From an uncultured Candidatus Saccharibacteria bacterium (GTDB lineage Bacteria > Patescibacteriota > Minisyncoccia > CAIUEV01 > JAHKAQ01), in assembly GCA_964598205.1 (NCBI GenBank), contig CAZRBB010000004.1, positions 71,156-135,155 on the forward strand: DNA of 64,000 bases, written 5' to 3'. The notes under the pieces were generated by a model that saw nothing but the letters and a program-made list of their open reading frames with translations, was not told the DNA's origin and did no database searches. The position numbers and the translations under genes are program-made. Positions within the stretch are counted from its first letter, which is position 1; the number at the start of each line of letters is the position of its first letter. Shown here in pieces: positions 28,758 to 39,187 of this stretch.

Positions 28758-28787
28758 GGTTTTTAAAACAGTGTTAATTAAAATTTG

Positions 28788-29123
28788 ATGTCCAAGAAGA
28801 AAGCACCAGAAACCGAGGAAAAATCCAGAATCAGAATCAAGATCAAGGCTTTTGATCATCGAGTGATCGATCAATCAGCAAGACAGATTATGAATGCGGC
28901 GGAAAGAACCGGTGCTAAAGTAATCGGTCCGGTGCCGCTTCCAACTTCGGTAAGTAAGTTTACTATTAATCGCTCTACTTTTGTTCACAAGGATGCTCGG
29001 GATCAATACGAAATGCGAACACATAAGCGATTGCTAGACATAGAAGACTTTAATCCGCAAACAATTGATTCTCTGATTAATCTTGATTTACCGGCGGGAG
29101 TCAATGTGGAGATAAAAATGTAA
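28788..29123 (+). CDS. rpsJ: 30S ribosomal protein S10
   Basis: [25 protein letters not shown]. Confidence 0.98.
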   Translation: MSKKKAPETEEKSRIRIKIKAFDHRVIDQSARQIMNAAERTGAKVIGPVPLPTSVSKFTINRSTFVHKDARDQYEMRTHKRLLDIEDFNPQTIDSLINLDLPAGVNVEIKM

Positions 29124-29156
29124 GCTGTCTATTTTTTTTGTTTTATTTTTACCAAG

Positions 29157-29700
<544 letters not shown>

Positions 29701-29714
<14 letters not shown>

Positions 29715-30459
29715 AAAAGTCTACAATTTAGAAGGTAACGAGCAGGGAGAAATTCGCTTGGAAAAAGAAATTTTTGAAGTGCCTTTTAGCCATGACTTGG
29801 TTTACCAAGTAACTACGGCGCTTCTTTCTAATAAAAGACGACCAACGGCCCACACTAAAGTTAGAGGAGAAATTCGGGGTGGAGGAATAAAGCCTTGGAA
29901 GCAAAAAGGAACAGGTAGAGCCAGAACGGGTTCTATTCGCAATCCTCTTTTTCGGGGTGGTGGAACAATTTTTGGTCCACGCAATACTGCTAATTATCAA
30001 AGAAAGGTCAACAAGAAGGCGCGAAAGAAAGCTTTTGAAATGGTTTTTTCGGAAAAAATAAAAGACAACGAAGTTTTTTTTATTGACAGTTTTATTTTGG
30101 AAAAACCGGTTACCAAGAAAATGATGGTCCTTTTTTCCAAGTTAAAAACTAAAGGAAAGTCGGCGCTAATAGTCTCTTCTTCTAAGAATAAAGAATTGCA
30201 ACTTTCGCTAAGGAATATTAAAAAAACGGCGTATCGATCTTGTGGCAATGTTTCCGTATTAGATCTTTTGAATCATCAATTCTTTTTTTTAGAAAAGGAA
30301 GCGGTAGATTATTACCGGACCAGAAGCGAAAAACCGCTAAATGCTGCTGATTCAAAGAAGGTTGAAAAAAAGGCTAAGACCAAGGATGAAGCTAAGGTTA
30401 AGACTAAGGCGGAGGACAAATTCAAAACTAAAGCGGTAAAAATTAAGAAAACGGAATGA
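29701..30459 (+). CDS. rplD: 50S ribosomal protein L4 (Lys-rich C-terminal extension)
   Basis: KPWKQKGTGRAR.GS.R.P..RGGG..FGP. Start is ATG 29701. Confidence 0.97.
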
Positions 30460-30854
30460 CGGGATTAATAGAGAAAATTAAAGACGGTGGCAAAGAAGAA
30501 GCTAGGAAACCAGCTTCCAATATTAAGACTGACCAATCAAAAGATAAATCTAAGCCAGAAGAAAAATCGGTCTTAGGTTCATTTTTGGGACAAGCTTTTG
30601 GAATCTTATTGGGAAGAATTGATACAGAAAAATCAAGCACTGGTGCTTCTTTGGGAAAATATGTTTTTAAAGTAAGCCTAAGAGCAGATAAAGAAAAGGT
30701 AAAAAAATCGGTAGAAAGTTATTTTAACACCAAGGTAAAAAAGGTGAATATTCTAACACTGAATCCTAAAAAGAAGATTTTTAAAGGAGAAGAAGGAATA
30801 AGAAGTGCTTATAAAAAGGCGATTGTTACCCTAAAAGAGGGATTAAGTATCTAA
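30456..30854 (+). CDS. rplW: 50S ribosomal protein L23 (N-terminal extension)
   Basis: TEKS...KYVFKV...KVKKVN...YKKAIVTL, and operon position. Confidence 0.9.
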   Translation: MTGLIEKIKDGGKEEARKPASNIKTDQSKDKSKPEEKSVLGSFLGQAFGILLGRIDTEKSSTGASLGKYVFKVSLRADKEKVKKSVESYFNTKVKKVNILTLNPKKKIFKGEEGIRSAYKKAIVTLKEGLSI

Positions 30855-30863
30855 TTAGGCGTT

Positions 30864-31694
30864 ATGTTGATAATTAAGAAAATCAAAAATAGGGGAGTCC
30901 GGATCATGTCTTTTATTAAAGGAGAAGGCGTGGATTATAAGACAAAGCCTCTTAAATCTTTAACCAAGACCCTAAAAAAACGCGGTGGTCGCATGCGATC
31001 AGGAAAAATTTCTGCTTGGCAACGGGGTGGTGGTCAAAGAAGACGATACCGCTTGATTAATTTTAAGGGAGCAGAAGGTTCTTTTAAGGTTGAACGACTA
31101 GAAAAAGATCCTAATCGGAGTGCTTTTATTGCCTTGGTTTCAGACGAAAAAGAAAAAAGGCATTATATGCTAGCCGAAAACTCTTTGCGTTCGGGAGATT
31201 CTTTTAAGATTGGCAAAGAAGCGGAAATTAAAGAAGGTAACAGAACGACTTTATCTAGAATTCCTACTGGTACTTTAGTTTCTAATATTGAACTTTATCC
31301 TGGAGCAGGAGGCAAGATTGCTCGCTCGGCTGGATCTTCTGCGGTAATGATGGGACTAGAAGGCGGTTTGGCACAGCTTAAAATGCCGTCTGGAGAGGTT
31401 CGTCAAGTAAAGGAAAATTGTTTTGCCAATATTGGACCAATGTCTAATCCAGAAAATAGCGCTATGAGAATTGGAAAGGCTGGCCGTAAGCGATTAATGG
31501 GCTGGAGACCGAATGTTAGAGGCAAAGCTATGAATCCAGTTGATCATCCGCACGGTGGAGGTGAAGGCAATCAGCCAATCGGGTTAAAGCATCCCAAAAC
31601 TCCTTGGGGCAAGCCGGCATTGGGAGTTAAGACTAGAAATCCTCGCAAATTAAGCAGTAAATATATCGTTAGTAGAAGAAAACGCAAGCGATAA
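30864..31694 (+). CDS. rplB: 50S ribosomal protein L2
   Basis: DPNRSA.IAL, RG.AMNPVDHPHGGGEG. Confidence 0.99.
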   Translation: MLIIKKIKNRGVRIMSFIKGEGVDYKTKPLKSLTKTLKKRGGRMRSGKISAWQRGGGQRRRYRLINFKGAEGSFKVERLEKDPNRSAFIALVSDEKEKRHYMLAENSLRSGDSFKIGKEAEIKEGNRTTLSRIPTGTLVSNIELYPGAGGKIARSAGSSAVMMGLEGGLAQLKMPSGEVRQVKENCFANIGPMSNPENSAMRIGKAGRKRLMGWRPNVRGKAMNPVDHPHGGGEGNQPIGLKHPKTPWGKPALGVKTRNPRKLSSKYIVSRRKRKR

Positions 31695-31703
31695 CCATAA
31701 ACT

Positions 31704-32045
31704 ATGTCTAGAAGTTTAAAAAAAGGCCCATTCGTTGATCCAAGACTCTTAAAAAAGATTCAGAATTTAAAGCAGGGCGAAAGAAGAGTAATTAAGACTT
31801 GGGCAAGGGATTGCGTAATCAGTCCCGAGATGATAGGCTTCGTTTTCGGTGTTCATAACGGCAAGGTTCATTTGGAAGTGGCAGTAACAGAAGAAATGGT
31901 TGGACACAAGCTGGGCGAATTTTCTCCAACAAGAAAATTTGTAAAACACGGAGGCAAAAAGCAACGAGACGCTGAACAAGCAGAGGCCCAAAAAACCGCA
32001 GTAGTTTCTCCCACCAAGCAAGAAGGGGCTAAGAAAAAGAAGTAA
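31704..32045 (+). CDS. rpsS: 30S ribosomal protein S19
   Basis: [23 protein letters not shown]. Confidence 0.99.
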   Translation: MSRSLKKGPFVDPRLLKKIQNLKQGERRVIKTWARDCVISPEMIGFVFGVHNGKVHLEVAVTEEMVGHKLGEFSPTRKFVKHGGKKQRDAEQAEAQKTAVVSPTKQEGAKKKK

Positions 32046-32058
32046 ATAACCATCAAGC

Positions 32059-32616
32059 ATGCAGGTAAGATCTAGATTGCACAATTTTCGAATGTCTTCT
32101 AAAAAAGCACGAATAGCGGCAGATTTAATTAGAGGAATGAAGACTCAAGAGGCAGAGGACCAACTTTTCCATTTGGAAAGTAAGTTGGCGAGCCCACTTT
32201 TAAAGCTGATTCGTTCGGCGGTGGCCAATGGAGTGAACAATTTAGGGTTAGATAAAAATAATTTACGAATAGAAAGAATTAAGGTAGACGAAGGAACTGT
32301 TTTAAAACGCTGGATGCCTCGAGCCCATGGTCGCGCTTTTCCGATTCTAAAAAGATCTTGCCATGTAGAGCTGATTTTAAATGAAGTAGAAGAAGGCAAG
32401 GGAAGAACGGTTAGGGAAAAGGTAAAAGCTCCTTTAATGAGTTATGCCGAGATTAAAAAGATTACCCAAAAGGCAGATGAAATTCTAGAAAAACAGAAGG
32501 GGATGAAAAAGAGCAAAAAGGCTGAAATGGAAAAGAATACTGGAAAGAATTCAGGTTCCAAGCTGGGTAAGGCTGGTGGTGCACTTTCTAAGATGTTTCG
32601 CAGAAAAAGTATTTAA
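32059..32616 (+). CDS. rplV: 50S ribosomal protein L22 (long C-terminal extension)
   Basis: S.KKAR..ADLIRG, KRW.PRA.GRA..I.KR. Confidence 0.97.
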   Translation: MQVRSRLHNFRMSSKKARIAADLIRGMKTQEAEDQLFHLESKLASPLLKLIRSAVANGVNNLGLDKNNLRIERIKVDEGTVLKRWMPRAHGRAFPILKRSCHVELILNEVEEGKGRTVREKVKAPLMSYAEIKKITQKADEILEKQKGMKKSKKAEMEKNTGKNSGSKLGKAGGALSKMFRRKSI

Positions 32617-32621
32617 TTCTT

Positions 32622-33320
32622 ATGGGAAAGAAAATCAATCCAAAAAGTTTTAGGTTGGGAGCAGGAGAAGAGTGGTCTTCCAAATGGTTTAAGTCCAAAG
32701 GCTATGCTCTTTTTTTAAGAGAAGATTTGGCAATCAGAGACTTTATTTTTAAAAAATTAAAGCAAGGGGCCATTAAAGATGTTTTAATTGAAAGATCGGA
32801 AAATTCACTAAAGATTAAGATTTTAGCTGGTCGGCCAGGAGTAGTGATTGGTCGCGGAGGAGTAGGAATAGAAGAAACCAAGAATGGGATTAAGGCAACA
32901 ATGATGTCTGTAAGAAGCACCCAGAAGAAAAATAAAGGGGCTGGTCGAGTAATGGTTGACCTAGAAGTTAAAGAAATAAAAAACTTTGAAGAAAACGCTG
33001 ACTTAGTGGCACAGAATGTAGCCGAGCAGTTGGAAAAAAGAGTTTCTTTTAGAAGAGTTTTAAAATCTACGCTGGATTCTGTTTCTAAGCAAAGAGAAGT
33101 TAAGGGAGTAAAGATTATGATTGCTGGAAGATTAAATGGTGCGGAAATGTGCCGAAGAGAATGGGTGATTAGTGGCGGTATTCCGTTGCATACAATTAGA
33201 GCCAATATTGATTATTCCAAAAAGAATGCTTATACCACTTACGGAGTAATTGGTGTTAAGGTCTGGATTTATAAGGGAGAAATTTTTGATACAGAAGAGA
33301 AAGAATCGATTAATTCCTAA
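32622..33320 (+). CDS. rpsC: 30S ribosomal protein S3
   Basis: MGKKINP..FRLG, PLHTIRANIDY, YGVIGVKVWIY. Confidence 0.99.
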   Translation: MGKKINPKSFRLGAGEEWSSKWFKSKGYALFLREDLAIRDFIFKKLKQGAIKDVLIERSENSLKIKILAGRPGVVIGRGGVGIEETKNGIKATMMSVRSTQKKNKGAGRVMVDLEVKEIKNFEENADLVAQNVAEQLEKRVSFRRVLKSTLDSVSKQREVKGVKIMIAGRLNGAEMCRREWVISGGIPLHTIRANIDYSKKNAYTTYGVIGVKVWIYKGEIFDTEEKESINS

Positions 33321-33332
33321 AACTGTTTTGCC

Positions 33333-33740
33333 ATGCTTTTGCCGAAAAAAGTTAAACATAGGAAACAACACAAACGAGCATTCAGTCGCCTTACTAAGAG
33401 AGGTGACGAGGTTAAGTTTGGCAGTTTCGGTTTAAAGGTAATGGAAGCAGATTGGATTACTTCCCGACAGTTAGAAGCAGCACGGAGAGCGCTAACCCGT
33501 TATGTTCAACGCCAAGGAAAGATTTGGATTCGAGTTTTTCCAGATGCACCGATGACTCAAAAAGGGGCGGAAACACCGATGGGTAAAGGGAAAGGAAGCG
33601 TGGATCATTTTGTGGCTTCGGTTTCTCCGGGACGAATTATTTTTGAAATGGATGGTGTAGACGAAAAGACCGCCAGAGAAGCGCTGAAAAGAGCAGGAGA
33701 CAAGCTTTCTGCAAAGACAAAGATTGTTAAAAAACAATAA
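33333..33740 (+). CDS. rplP: 50S ribosomal protein L16
   Basis: MLLPKKVKHRKQH, KIWIRVFPD, MGKGKG. Confidence 0.99.
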   Translation: MLLPKKVKHRKQHKRAFSRLTKRGDEVKFGSFGLKVMEADWITSRQLEAARRALTRYVQRQGKIWIRVFPDAPMTQKGAETPMGKGKGSVDHFVASVSPGRIIFEMDGVDEKTAREALKRAGDKLSAKTKIVKKQ

Positions 33741-33946
33741 TGAAGGCCAAAGAATTAAAAGGAATGAGCCAGAAAAAATTAGAGGAATTGTCGGTGATGA
33801 CCAAAAAAGAGGTAATGGACTTAAAATTCCAATTTTCTTCCGGAAAAAAAGACGGCAATGTGCGGTCTTTGCGGAAAAAAAGAAAGGACTTAGCTAGAAT
33901 TTTGACTTTAATTAAGAAGAAAGACGATGGAAAAGAAATTAAATAA
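33740..33946 (+). CDS. rpmC: 50S ribosomal protein L29
   Basis: MKAKEL...RKDLARILT, and operon position. Confidence 0.95.
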   Translation: MKAKELKGMSQKKLEELSVMTKKEVMDLKFQFSSGKKDGNVRSLRKKRKDLARILTLIKKKDDGKEIK

Positions 33947-34202
33947 AGCGGTGGAAACTTCTGGTAAAAAAATGCAAGGGGTGGTAGTTTCCGACAAAAT
34001 GGATAAAACGATTGTAGTTTCTGTAACGAGCGTAAAGATTCATCCTAAGTATCAAAAAAGATTCAAGCGCAACAAGCGGTATTCCGTTCACGATCCCGAA
34101 AATCAGTACAAGGAAGGTGATGAAGTTTTGTTTACTCCTTCCAAGCCTTTTAGTAAGAATAAGAAATGGCTTGTTTTAGGATTGACCAATAAGAAAAGTT
34201 AA
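33927..34202 (+). CDS. rpsQ: 30S ribosomal protein S17
   Basis: GVVVSDKMDKTIVV, HPKY.K. Confidence 0.98.
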   Translation: MEKKLNKAVETSGKKMQGVVVSDKMDKTIVVSVTSVKIHPKYQKRFKRNKRYSVHDPENQYKEGDEVLFTPSKPFSKNKKWLVLGLTNKKS

Positions 34203-34212
34203 ATAGAAGTTT

Positions 34213-34578
34213 ATGATTCAACCGGAGACAAAATTAAAAGTAGCAGACAATAGCGGCGCCAAGCTGATTGAATGTTTTAGAGTGCTTGGAGGAACGCGCC
34301 GACGATATGCTCGTTTAGGAGATATTATTGTGGCTTCGGTAAAATCAGCTGAACCAAGAGGTATGGTTAAGAAAAAAGAAGTAGTAAGGGCGGTAATTGT
34401 TCGGCAAAAGGCGGCCTTTAAAAGAAGTGATGGTACTTATATACGATTCGACGATAACGCAGCGATTATTTTAGATGGCAAAGAAATGAAGGCAACGAGA
34501 GTCTTTGGTCCAGTAGCAAGAGAACTAAGAAATAAAGGATTTAAAAAAATTATTTCTTTGGCGCCAGAGGTTTTGTAA
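34213..34578 (+). CDS. rplN: 50S ribosomal protein L14
   Basis: [22 protein letters not shown]. Confidence 0.99.
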   Translation: MIQPETKLKVADNSGAKLIECFRVLGGTRRRYARLGDIIVASVKSAEPRGMVKKKEVVRAVIVRQKAAFKRSDGTYIRFDDNAAIILDGKEMKATRVFGPVARELRNKGFKKIISLAPEVL

Positions 34579-34600
34579 TCAATAATAAAGAATTTATATA

Positions 34601-34906
34601 ATGCGGATCAAAAAAGGAGACATTGTAAAAGTTATTTCCGGTAAAGATAAAGGCTTTAAGGGAGAAGTCCTGAATGTTTTGGCGGCTAAAAATCGATTGG
34701 TGGTAGATGGAGCGAATCTAGTTAAAAAACATTTACGGGGTTCCGGAAAAGATAAAAAAGGTCAACGGGTGGAAGTGCCGGCGCCGCTTGATGTTTCCAA
34801 GGTGCTTCTTTATTGCAATAAATGTGAAAAAGGGGTAAGGTTCGGAATAAAAATTGAGGAAGATGTTAAAAAAAGAATTTGTAAAAAATGCGGTCATGAG
34901 TTATAA
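34601..34906 (+). CDS. rplX: 50S ribosomal protein L24
   Basis: KOW motif IKKGD.V.VISGKDKG..G.V. Confidence 0.97.
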   Translation: MRIKKGDIVKVISGKDKGFKGEVLNVLAAKNRLVVDGANLVKKHLRGSGKDKKGQRVEVPAPLDVSKVLLYCNKCEKGVRFGIKIEEDVKKRICKKCGHEL

Positions 34907-35507
34907 GGAAGAAACTTCATCTAAAGAAAAAGCTAAAGAAAGCAATCTTCTTCTGAAATATCGGAAAGAAGTGATTTTTCAAATGAAGGAAAAGTTTGCC
35001 TACAAAAGTGCAATGGCTGTTCCCAGATTGCAAAAAATAGTTTTAAATTCTGGAATTGGACCATGGTTAGAAAAGGGTGCTGAAGTTAAAGAAAGAATTC
35101 TAAAAGATTTAACCGTGATCAGTGGTCAAAAGCCAGTATTTACACTTTCACGGAAAGCTATTTCTAGTTTTAAAATTAGAGAAAGACAGGAAGTGGGAAT
35201 AGTAGTTACTCTTAGGGGTAGGCGCATGTATGATTTTTTAGAAAGACTGATTGTAGAAGCTTTACCTAGAGTAAAAGATTTTCGGGGTATTCCAGAAAAA
35301 AGTTTTGGAAAAGAAGGTAATATTAGCATTGGTCTAAAAGAACATACGGTTTTTGCAGAAATTGACAACGAAAGAACGGACCATGTTTTTGGTTTAGAAA
35401 TTACAGTAGTCAATACTGCTAAAAATAAGGAAGAAGGAATTGCTTTAATGCGCTTTATGGGATTTCCCGTGGAACGCGAAGCAGCTTCTAGTGAGAGAAA
35501 GAAATAA
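34896..35507 (+). CDS. rplE: 50S ribosomal protein L5
   Basis: ISGQKP, VTLRG.RMYDFL.RL, LPRVKDFRG. Likely start is ATG 34896. Confidence 0.97.
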   Translation: MSYKEETSSKEKAKESNLLLKYRKEVIFQMKEKFAYKSAMAVPRLQKIVLNSGIGPWLEKGAEVKERILKDLTVISGQKPVFTLSRKAISSFKIRERQEVGIVVTLRGRRMYDFLERLIVEALPRVKDFRGIPEKSFGKEGNISIGLKEHTVFAEIDNERTDHVFGLEITVVNTAKNKEEGIALMRFMGFPVEREAASSERKK

Positions 35508-35533
35508 TTAATTTTTACTAATCATTCCAAAAG

Positions 35534-35719
35534 ATGGCCAGGAAAGCTCTGATTGAAAAAGCAGCGAAAAAACCCAAGTTTAGCACCAGAAAGGTTAGCC
35601 GATGTTTTCGGTGTGGACGCAATAAAGGGTATTTACGAAAGTTTGAGCTTTGCCGAATTTGTTTTAGGGAGCTGGCTGAAGAAGGGAATATTCCCGGAGT
35701 GAAAAGGACTTCTTGGTAA
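35534..35719 (+). CDS. rpsN: 30S ribosomal protein S14 (zinc-binding type Z)
   Basis: 61 aa, RC..CGR...LCR.CFRE. Confidence 0.97.
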   Translation: MARKALIEKAAKKPKFSTRKVSRCFRCGRNKGYLRKFELCRICFRELAEEGNIPGVKRTSW

Positions 35720-35731
35720 TTAAAATTTTTC

Positions 35732-36121
35732 ATGGACACTATTTCCGAAATGTTAACCAATATTAAGAACGCTCAAGCAAGGGGGCACGAAGAACTAACG
35801 ATCGCTTATTCGCGGATCAGAGTTGAAATAGCTAAAGTTTTAAAAAGAGAAGGCTATTTGGGAGAATTTCAAATACTAGAAGACGAAGGAAAAAAAGATA
35901 TTAAGATTTTCCTTGTTTATGATGAGGCCGATGCTCCCGCTATTAGAAGCATTAAGAGAGTTTCTAAGCCAGGAAGAAGAGTCTATAAGGGATTTAAGAA
36001 TATTCATCGGGTTTTGAACGGAATGGGGCTTTCGCTTATTTCCACTTCCCAAGGAATCTTAACAGACAAAGAGGCCCGGAAGAAAAAGCTGGGTGGAGAA
36101 ATAATTTGTGAATTATATTAA
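35732..36121 (+). CDS. rpsH: 30S ribosomal protein S8
   Basis: D.ISEMLT.IKNA, SKPGRRVY, ISTSQG. Confidence 0.98.
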   Translation: MDTISEMLTNIKNAQARGHEELTIAYSRIRVEIAKVLKREGYLGEFQILEDEGKKDIKIFLVYDEADAPAIRSIKRVSKPGRRVYKGFKNIHRVLNGMGLSLISTSQGILTDKEARKKKLGGEIICELY

Positions 36122-36125
36122 TAGA

Positions 36126-36674
36126 ATGTCTAGAATAGGAGTAAAACCGATTGTGATTCCCGAAACTGTGTCTTTAGAAGTTTCTTCTACTAAGATTACC
36201 GTTAAGGGTCCCAAGGGGCAGTTAGAATTGGGACTAAAAAGGGGAGTAAAGATAGAAAAGAAAGAAAAAACGGTGGTTTTGTCTTTAGAAAAAACAACCA
36301 AAGAAGCTAAATCTCTTTGGGGCACTTATTGGGCGTTGATTACGAATATGGTTAAAGGAGTGACAGAAGGTTACGAAAAGAAACTAGAATTAAACGGTAC
36401 TGGTTACAAGGTTTCTGTTTCTGGAAAAAAATTATTACTGGAATTAGGCTATTCTCATCCAATTACCATAGAAGCACCAGAAGGAATCAGTTTTATGGTA
36501 GAAAAGAATGTAATTACTGTTTTGGGAATAGACAAGCAGGTGGTGGGAGAAATTGCCGCTCAAATTCGATCTAAAAGAAAGGTAGAACCCTATAAAGGCA
36601 AAGGATTAAGATATATTGATGAATTTGTTAGAAGAAAGTCTGGTAAAAAAGCAGCTGGAGAAGGTGCTAAATAA
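36126..36674 (+). CDS. rplF: 50S ribosomal protein L6
   Basis: MSRIG..PI, EPYKGKG.RY. Confidence 0.98.
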   Translation: MSRIGVKPIVIPETVSLEVSSTKITVKGPKGQLELGLKRGVKIEKKEKTVVLSLEKTTKEAKSLWGTYWALITNMVKGVTEGYEKKLELNGTGYKVSVSGKKLLLELGYSHPITIEAPEGISFMVEKNVITVLGIDKQVVGEIAAQIRSKRKVEPYKGKGLRYIDEFVRRKSGKKAAGEGAK

Positions 36675-36702
36675 TTCAAAAGTTTAAGGATTTAATTATA
36701 TC

Positions 36703-37068
36703 ATGGTCAAGAAAAATAGCCGCAACAATTTAAGAAAATGGCGCAAAAAAAGAGGGAATATTTTTGGAACGGAAGTTCTGCCACGGCTTTCTGTTTTTAG
36801 AAGCAATAAAAATATTTTTGCCCAGTTAGTTAACGACGAAAAAGGAACTTCCTTGGCTGGAGTCCTAAGCTCTAAAGAAAAGGAAGAAAATAAGACTGTG
36901 TCTGCTTTTAAGACTGGGGAAAAGTTGGCAGAGATGGCTCTAAAAAAGGGAATTACCAGAGCGGTTTTTGATCGAAGTGGATATAAATTTCACGGTCGAA
37001 TCAAAGCACTTTTGGAAGGAGCCGAAAAAGCAGGTATTAATTTTAGAAAGTTAAAAGCTAAAAAATAG
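36703..37068 (+). CDS. rplR: 50S ribosomal protein L18
   Basis: PRLSVFRSNK.I.AQ, FDRSGYKFHGR. Confidence 0.98.
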   Translation: MVKKNSRNNLRKWRKKRGNIFGTEVLPRLSVFRSNKNIFAQLVNDEKGTSLAGVLSSKEKEENKTVSAFKTGEKLAEMALKKGITRAVFDRSGYKFHGRIKALLEGAEKAGINFRKLKAKK

Positions 37069-37073
37069 GGGCC

Positions 37074-37586
37074 ATGAACAATAGAAACAACAGCAAAGGA
37101 AAAAAAGATTTTGATCAAAAACTTTTGGATTTGGCCAGAGTCACTAGAGTAGTAAGAGGTGGACGCCGTTTTCGGTTTAGAGCAACGGTAGTAGTGGGTA
37201 ATAAAAAGGGAAAAGTAGGAATTGGAATTGCCAAAGGAGCCGATGTTAGCGATGCTATTAACAAAGCTTTTAATCAAGGCAAAAAAAGACTGGTAGATGT
37301 TAAGGTTAACAAGGAAGGAACGATTGCTCACGCCATTCGGGCCAAGTATAAAAGTGCGGAAGTACTTTTAAGGCCGGCTAAGAAAGGTCGCGGAATTGTA
37401 GTTGGTGGTGCGGTGCGCTTGGTAGTGGAATTGGCTGGCATTACCGATTTAACGGCTAAAATTTTACGCCGTGGTAGCAAGATAGCTAACGCAATGGCTG
37501 CTCTAAAGGGTCTGACTCAAATAAAGGAAAGACCTGTTAGGGAAGAAGAATCAAAAGAGATCCCGGAAATTACTTCCAAGAATTAA
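37074..37586 (+). CDS. rpsE: 30S ribosomal protein S5
   Basis: RVTRVVRGGRRFRF...VVVGN..G.VG.G. Confidence 0.98.
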   Translation: MNNRNNSKGKKDFDQKLLDLARVTRVVRGGRRFRFRATVVVGNKKGKVGIGIAKGADVSDAINKAFNQGKKRLVDVKVNKEGTIAHAIRAKYKSAEVLLRPAKKGRGIVVGGAVRLVVELAGITDLTAKILRRGSKIANAMAALKGLTQIKERPVREEESKEIPEITSKN

Positions 37587-37594
37587 GAAAAATC

Positions 37595-38047
37595 ATGCAA
37601 ATTCACGATTTAAAACCGAATAATAAGTTCAAAAAAAGAAAGCGAGTTGGTCGTGGCGGTAAAAGAGGTACTTACAGTGGCAAAGGAATGAAGGGGCAAA
37701 GAGCTCGTTCTGGAACTGGTGGTACTGGTATTGCCGAAAAAGGACGATCTTCTTGGGTTAAGCGAATTCCTAAATTGGGAGGATTTAACGCTGTTAAGTT
37801 ACCTAACATTTTAGTAAAGAGTGAAAAAATAGAAGTACTGTTTGCCGAAGGAGAAACGATTAATCCAGAAACCCTAAAAGCAAAACGCCTTTTGGGTAAT
37901 TTAAAGAAGGGGAGATCTGGAGTGATTCAAAGAGTAAAAATCTTGTATTCCGGAGAGGTAACCAAAAAATTGATTTTTTCTGATTGTATTTTCTCCAAAA
38001 AAGCCAAAGAGACCATAGAAAAGGCTGGCGGTGTAATCTCTAATTAA
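37595..38047 (+). CDS. rplO: 50S ribosomal protein L15
   Basis: RVGRGGKRGTYSGKG.KGQ.AR, IEKAGG. Confidence 0.97.
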   Translation: MQIHDLKPNNKFKKRKRVGRGGKRGTYSGKGMKGQRARSGTGGTGIAEKGRSSWVKRIPKLGGFNAVKLPNILVKSEKIEVLFAEGETINPETLKAKRLLGNLKKGRSGVIQRVKILYSGEVTKKLIFSDCIFSKKAKETIEKAGGVISN

Positions 38048-38130
38048 AATTTTTAATTTTGAATTTTGAATTTCGAAATAATTTAAAAATTTGAATTTTA
38101 ATTTGAATCGAAATTCAGGATTAAACTTGC

Positions 38131-38200
38131 GCTAATTACAAAAGACTCGCGTAGGCAGACTAAGAGCCTTGTCTGCCCAAGCGAGTCTTTTGTAATTAGC
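38131..38200. repeat. Long intergenic hairpin between convergent genes
   Basis: 20-bp perfect outer stem (38131-38150 / 38181-38200), 7-bp inner stem, loop TAAGAGCCTT. Confidence 0.8.
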
Positions 38201-38209
38201 AGAAATTCC

Positions 38210-39085
38210 CTACTCTTGTAAGTTCGGTTCGGTGATGATTACGCTTTTTTCTCCTAAAAGAATTTTCTTTTTGTCTCCGGGAAAATCGTGAATGCTATCC
38301 ATTAAATTAGAAAAAGGGTAGCGAAAATCTTTACCTCTTTTGGTTCCTGGGTCGTTAGTAATAAACTCCTGCTTTTTGTCGTCGTAACCAATAACTACCA
38401 AGACATGGTAAATTGGTCCTGGCTGTTTAAAGTAAGGATTTAAAAGCATTCGACCAGCGGCAGGAACAATAATGATGCGCTTTTCGTTAAGCCATCCTTT
38501 AAGCTCTTCTGTGGAAGGGTCTTTTTTAATTGTTAAATTATCACCGTAAAAACTATTAGCTAGTGCAACTATTTTATTGGCACTTAAATCGTGATGGCCG
38601 TTAAAATTTTTTGTTTGCCAAGCAACCAAGGCTTGAATTTCTGCTTCGGCTTTTTCGGTGGAAACCGATTCATTCTTTAAAAAATAATGAGCGGTGATTA
38701 AAGAGGCTTCTTCGCAAGCTTCTTCGTGAAGACTATCCCAATTGGCAAACGGCGCCTGCGGAACAAAGGGGGCTTGGTTTTTTAATTTAGACGGCAAGTT
38801 GCTAGTGGAAGGCCTTGGAGGTTCTTGGGGGTCGGCTTTTGATTCGTTATTTGATGTTGGTGGTTCGGCGCTGTCTTTTGGAAGAGTCTCGGCTTTATTG
38901 GGATCGGTTTTGTTTTTTTCGGTTTCTTCTTGATAAATAGAGGAATATTTTTTTTTATTTTGGGAGGTAAAAACAAAGTGCAAACTTTTTTTAAAGAACA
39001 GTCCTAGGATTACAACAACTAAAACAAAGGAGGCCAGAACAGTCCCTAAAAATATAAGGATAAATTTTTTTTGCTTGATTTTCAC
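38210..39085 (-). CDS. Membrane-anchored C39-like cysteine peptidase domain protein
   Basis: N-terminal TM. PFVPQAP...EACEEAS (Cys), YHVLVVIGYD (His), ITNDPGT (Asp). Confidence 0.8.
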   Translation of the reverse strand: MKIKQKKFILIFLGTVLASFVLVVVILGLFFKKSLHFVFTSQNKKKYSSIYQEETEKNKTDPNKAETLPKDSAEPPTSNNESKADPQEPPRPSTSNLPSKLKNQAPFVPQAPFANWDSLHEEACEEASLITAHYFLKNESVSTEKAEAEIQALVAWQTKNFNGHHDLSANKIVALANSFYGDNLTIKKDPSTEELKGWLNEKRIIIVPAAGRMLLNPYFKQPGPIYHVLVVIGYDDKKQEFITNDPGTKRGKDFRYPFSNLMDSIHDFPGDKKKILLGEKSVIITEPNLQE

Positions 39086-39187
39086 CTTTTCATTTTACCA
39101 TAATGAATGTTTTTTAATTCTTTTTTAATTCTTTTTTAATTTTGAGGAGTAGCTTAAATAGCGGAAAGAAAAGAATTAAAAACAAAA